From the NCBI GenBank assembly GCA_000004985.1, contig GG738919.1: a stretch of DNA of 64,000 bases, one strand, 5' to 3'. Made by a program: the position numbers and the translations under genes. Of the stretch, positions 62,524 through 64,000 are shown one piece after another. Under the pieces are notes generated by a model. It saw only the letters and a program-made list of their open reading frames with translations. It was not told the origin of the DNA and searched no databases. Source of the stretch: Naegleria gruberi. Lineage: Eukaryota. Every line of letters starts with the position of its first letter. The stretch's first letter is position 1.

Positions 62524-63901
62524 TTATTTTCGTTTTTTATTGGGTGAAGAAATAATGTCTTCGTTGAGAATGTCATCAGTGTGGTCGCTTTCCTCGTCCT
62601 CTACTTGGTCCTCCTCATCATCGAGATTGATAATTTCACTCTCGTCATTGTGAGATCTCTTTGTGATATATTGAATCATGTCTTGGGTCCAGCTAGCTGC
62701 TTCCTTCATGTGATAGGACTCGTAGAAGTTTAAAAGTGCTCTATATCTTTGTGCAATGTCGAATCCTATCAAGTATTGGAATTTTCTCAAATCTACAGGA
62801 CACAAATGAATAGATTGTCTAAAATCTTCTTCCAAATGACCAGATCCGTTCATGATACAATCAAAAACTGTGAAATAAAAGTAAAATTGAATTTAAATAT
62901 TAATTCAAATAATTTCCACAATATTATAGTCAATAGTTTTGTAGTGGTAATGGCATGAAATAAAAACGCAAAAGAAAATCAATTATTAAAATTATTAATT
63001 AAATCAACATGTAACAATTCAACTTACAGACACAATGCCCAACTTGAACCATATGAGCAATTTCATGAACTACAATCTTACAACATCTCTCCAAAATAAC
63101 AAGATCATTCTCTGTGAGAGTATCCTCATTGATAATTCCATCCTCTTCCCAAGAGACTGTAATTTTCTTATTTCTCTTCTTTGGAGCTGATTTTCTAAAT
63201 AATGGATCATATCTACACATTGAAAATACTCCAATAGAGTCACCTCCCTGAGCTAGGCCACAAGTGAAACTATCCTTTGCTCCAATATACAAATCATCCA
63301 TTGTCACACCACAAACACATGATACCTCATCCTGTAAATGTTTTCTGAGCTTATTCAATGGTACAATGACATCAGCTGCTCTGAATTGAATTTCATCCTC
63401 TCCAGCTTTATCTTCATCATATTCGTGACATCTTCTCGATTTGATTCTATAAATGATATCCTCAGATTCCACAAAATGACCATGTTTATCCTTCTTTATA
63501 TGTACACTATCCAATATCGTTACATTAATTCCATAATAAAAAGCCTCAACAAATCTCTTCAAATGTGTCAAATACTTTCTCCTATCATTCGAATCTCCAT
63601 CCTTCTCAATCCACAACAGGCCAATATTCTTCTTCAAATGAAAATTCTTTCCAGCAATTTTCTTCCTCAGCCCATTCCACTCATCAAACGTATCGCGATC
63701 CTCCACATATTGTGCCAACCAATCATCAATACTTGTAGGATCCGGAACTGGACAATAAAAATTAGTTTCATCATCGGAAGGCCTTTTCATTTCAAAGTGA
63801 TAGTGTCTCTCATTGTGACAATCGCCAATTGCTTCACGAATCTCCTCTGGAGTGGCGTGTTTGAAACCTTGTGCGAATTTGATCTTCTTTTGTCGTGGCA
63901 T
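62524..63901 (-). CDS. AMZ: Archaemetzincin-type zinc metallopeptidase, join(62524..62867,63028..63901) with a 160-nt intron inside the catalytic motif.
   Basis: HEIAHMVQVGHCV|GTAAGT ... TTTCACAG|FFDCIMNGSGHLEE..HLCPVDLRKFQ reconstructs the archaemetzincin signature HExxHxxGxxHCxxxxCxMxGS..LC..CLRK. ATG at 63901. Confidence 0.8.
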
Positions 63902-64000
63902 TTTTTTTTATTGATTTTGCCGCCAAATTTTCAAGCTTGGTTAATAAAGAATAGAATTTGATTCGAAAAATTTGGTAATATTCAACAATTTTCATTGACT

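Noticed and set aside
1-64000. Prokaryotic-type systems (CRISPR arrays, operons, restriction or defence islands, integrons).
   Set aside because: The sequence is clearly eukaryotic (spliceosomal introns, cytosolic ribosomal proteins, Pol III tRNA genes with T-run terminators). No direct-repeat arrays or operon structure.

Overview
This window is eukaryotic nuclear DNA, AT-rich (roughly one third GC) and gene-dense, with about 45 protein-coding genes and 6 tRNA genes on both strands.

**Genome character.** Most genes are single-exon. Where introns occur they are short (40-172 nt) with GTAAGT, GTATGT or GTACGT donors and (A/T)TAG or CAG acceptors. Several introns sit at or inside the start codon. 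Stop codons TAA, TAG and TGA are all in use. The ORF track uses non-ATG starts (TTG, GTG), so I re-derived first ATGs where it mattered. The gene set includes axonemal dynein light chain 1 (a flagellated cell) and the mitochondrial rRNA dimethylase TFB1M (conventional mitochondria). It also includes a UGA-encoded selenoprotein, archaemetzincin and arsenite methyltransferase. This fits a free-living flagellated or amoeboflagellate protist (Naegleria-like) or a zoosporic fungus, but I cannot assign the organism from sequence alone.

**Identified genes.** Housekeeping genes: RPL27A, RPS29, inorganic pyrophosphatase, eIF3i, SRP receptor alpha, DENR, NAP1, TFB1M, a P4-type flippase and an MFS transporter. 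Signalling and surface genes: a beta-helix receptor kinase, four NHL-repeat genes including a divergent NHL-EGF-TM paralog pair, a 7TM-RGS fusion, an N-myristoylated Rab (ARA6-like) and a GPI-anchored Ser/Thr-rich protein. The tRNA genes are Ser-TGA, Arg-TCT, Gly-GCC and three copies of Glu-TTC with conserved flanks.

**Most notable observations.**
- A deiodinase-like selenoprotein with an in-frame UGA at the catalytic position, plus a candidate type-II SECIS element immediately after its stop codon.
- An RPS29 start codon split A|TG by a 102-nt intron.
- Three genes whose reading frames are broken by single-base frameshifts or in-frame stops: an N/S-rich 4-TM gene, AS3MT and a SCO1-like relic.
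- An EGF-like gene truncated by an in-frame TAA.
- An NHL-repeat receptor cluster bracketed by tRNA-Glu copies.

There are no prokaryotic-style systems (CRISPR, operons, defence islands). Most coordinates follow the ORF track. I found a 1-nt inconsistency between the printed sequence and the ORF track near 7620, so DNAL1 exon coordinates are +/-1.
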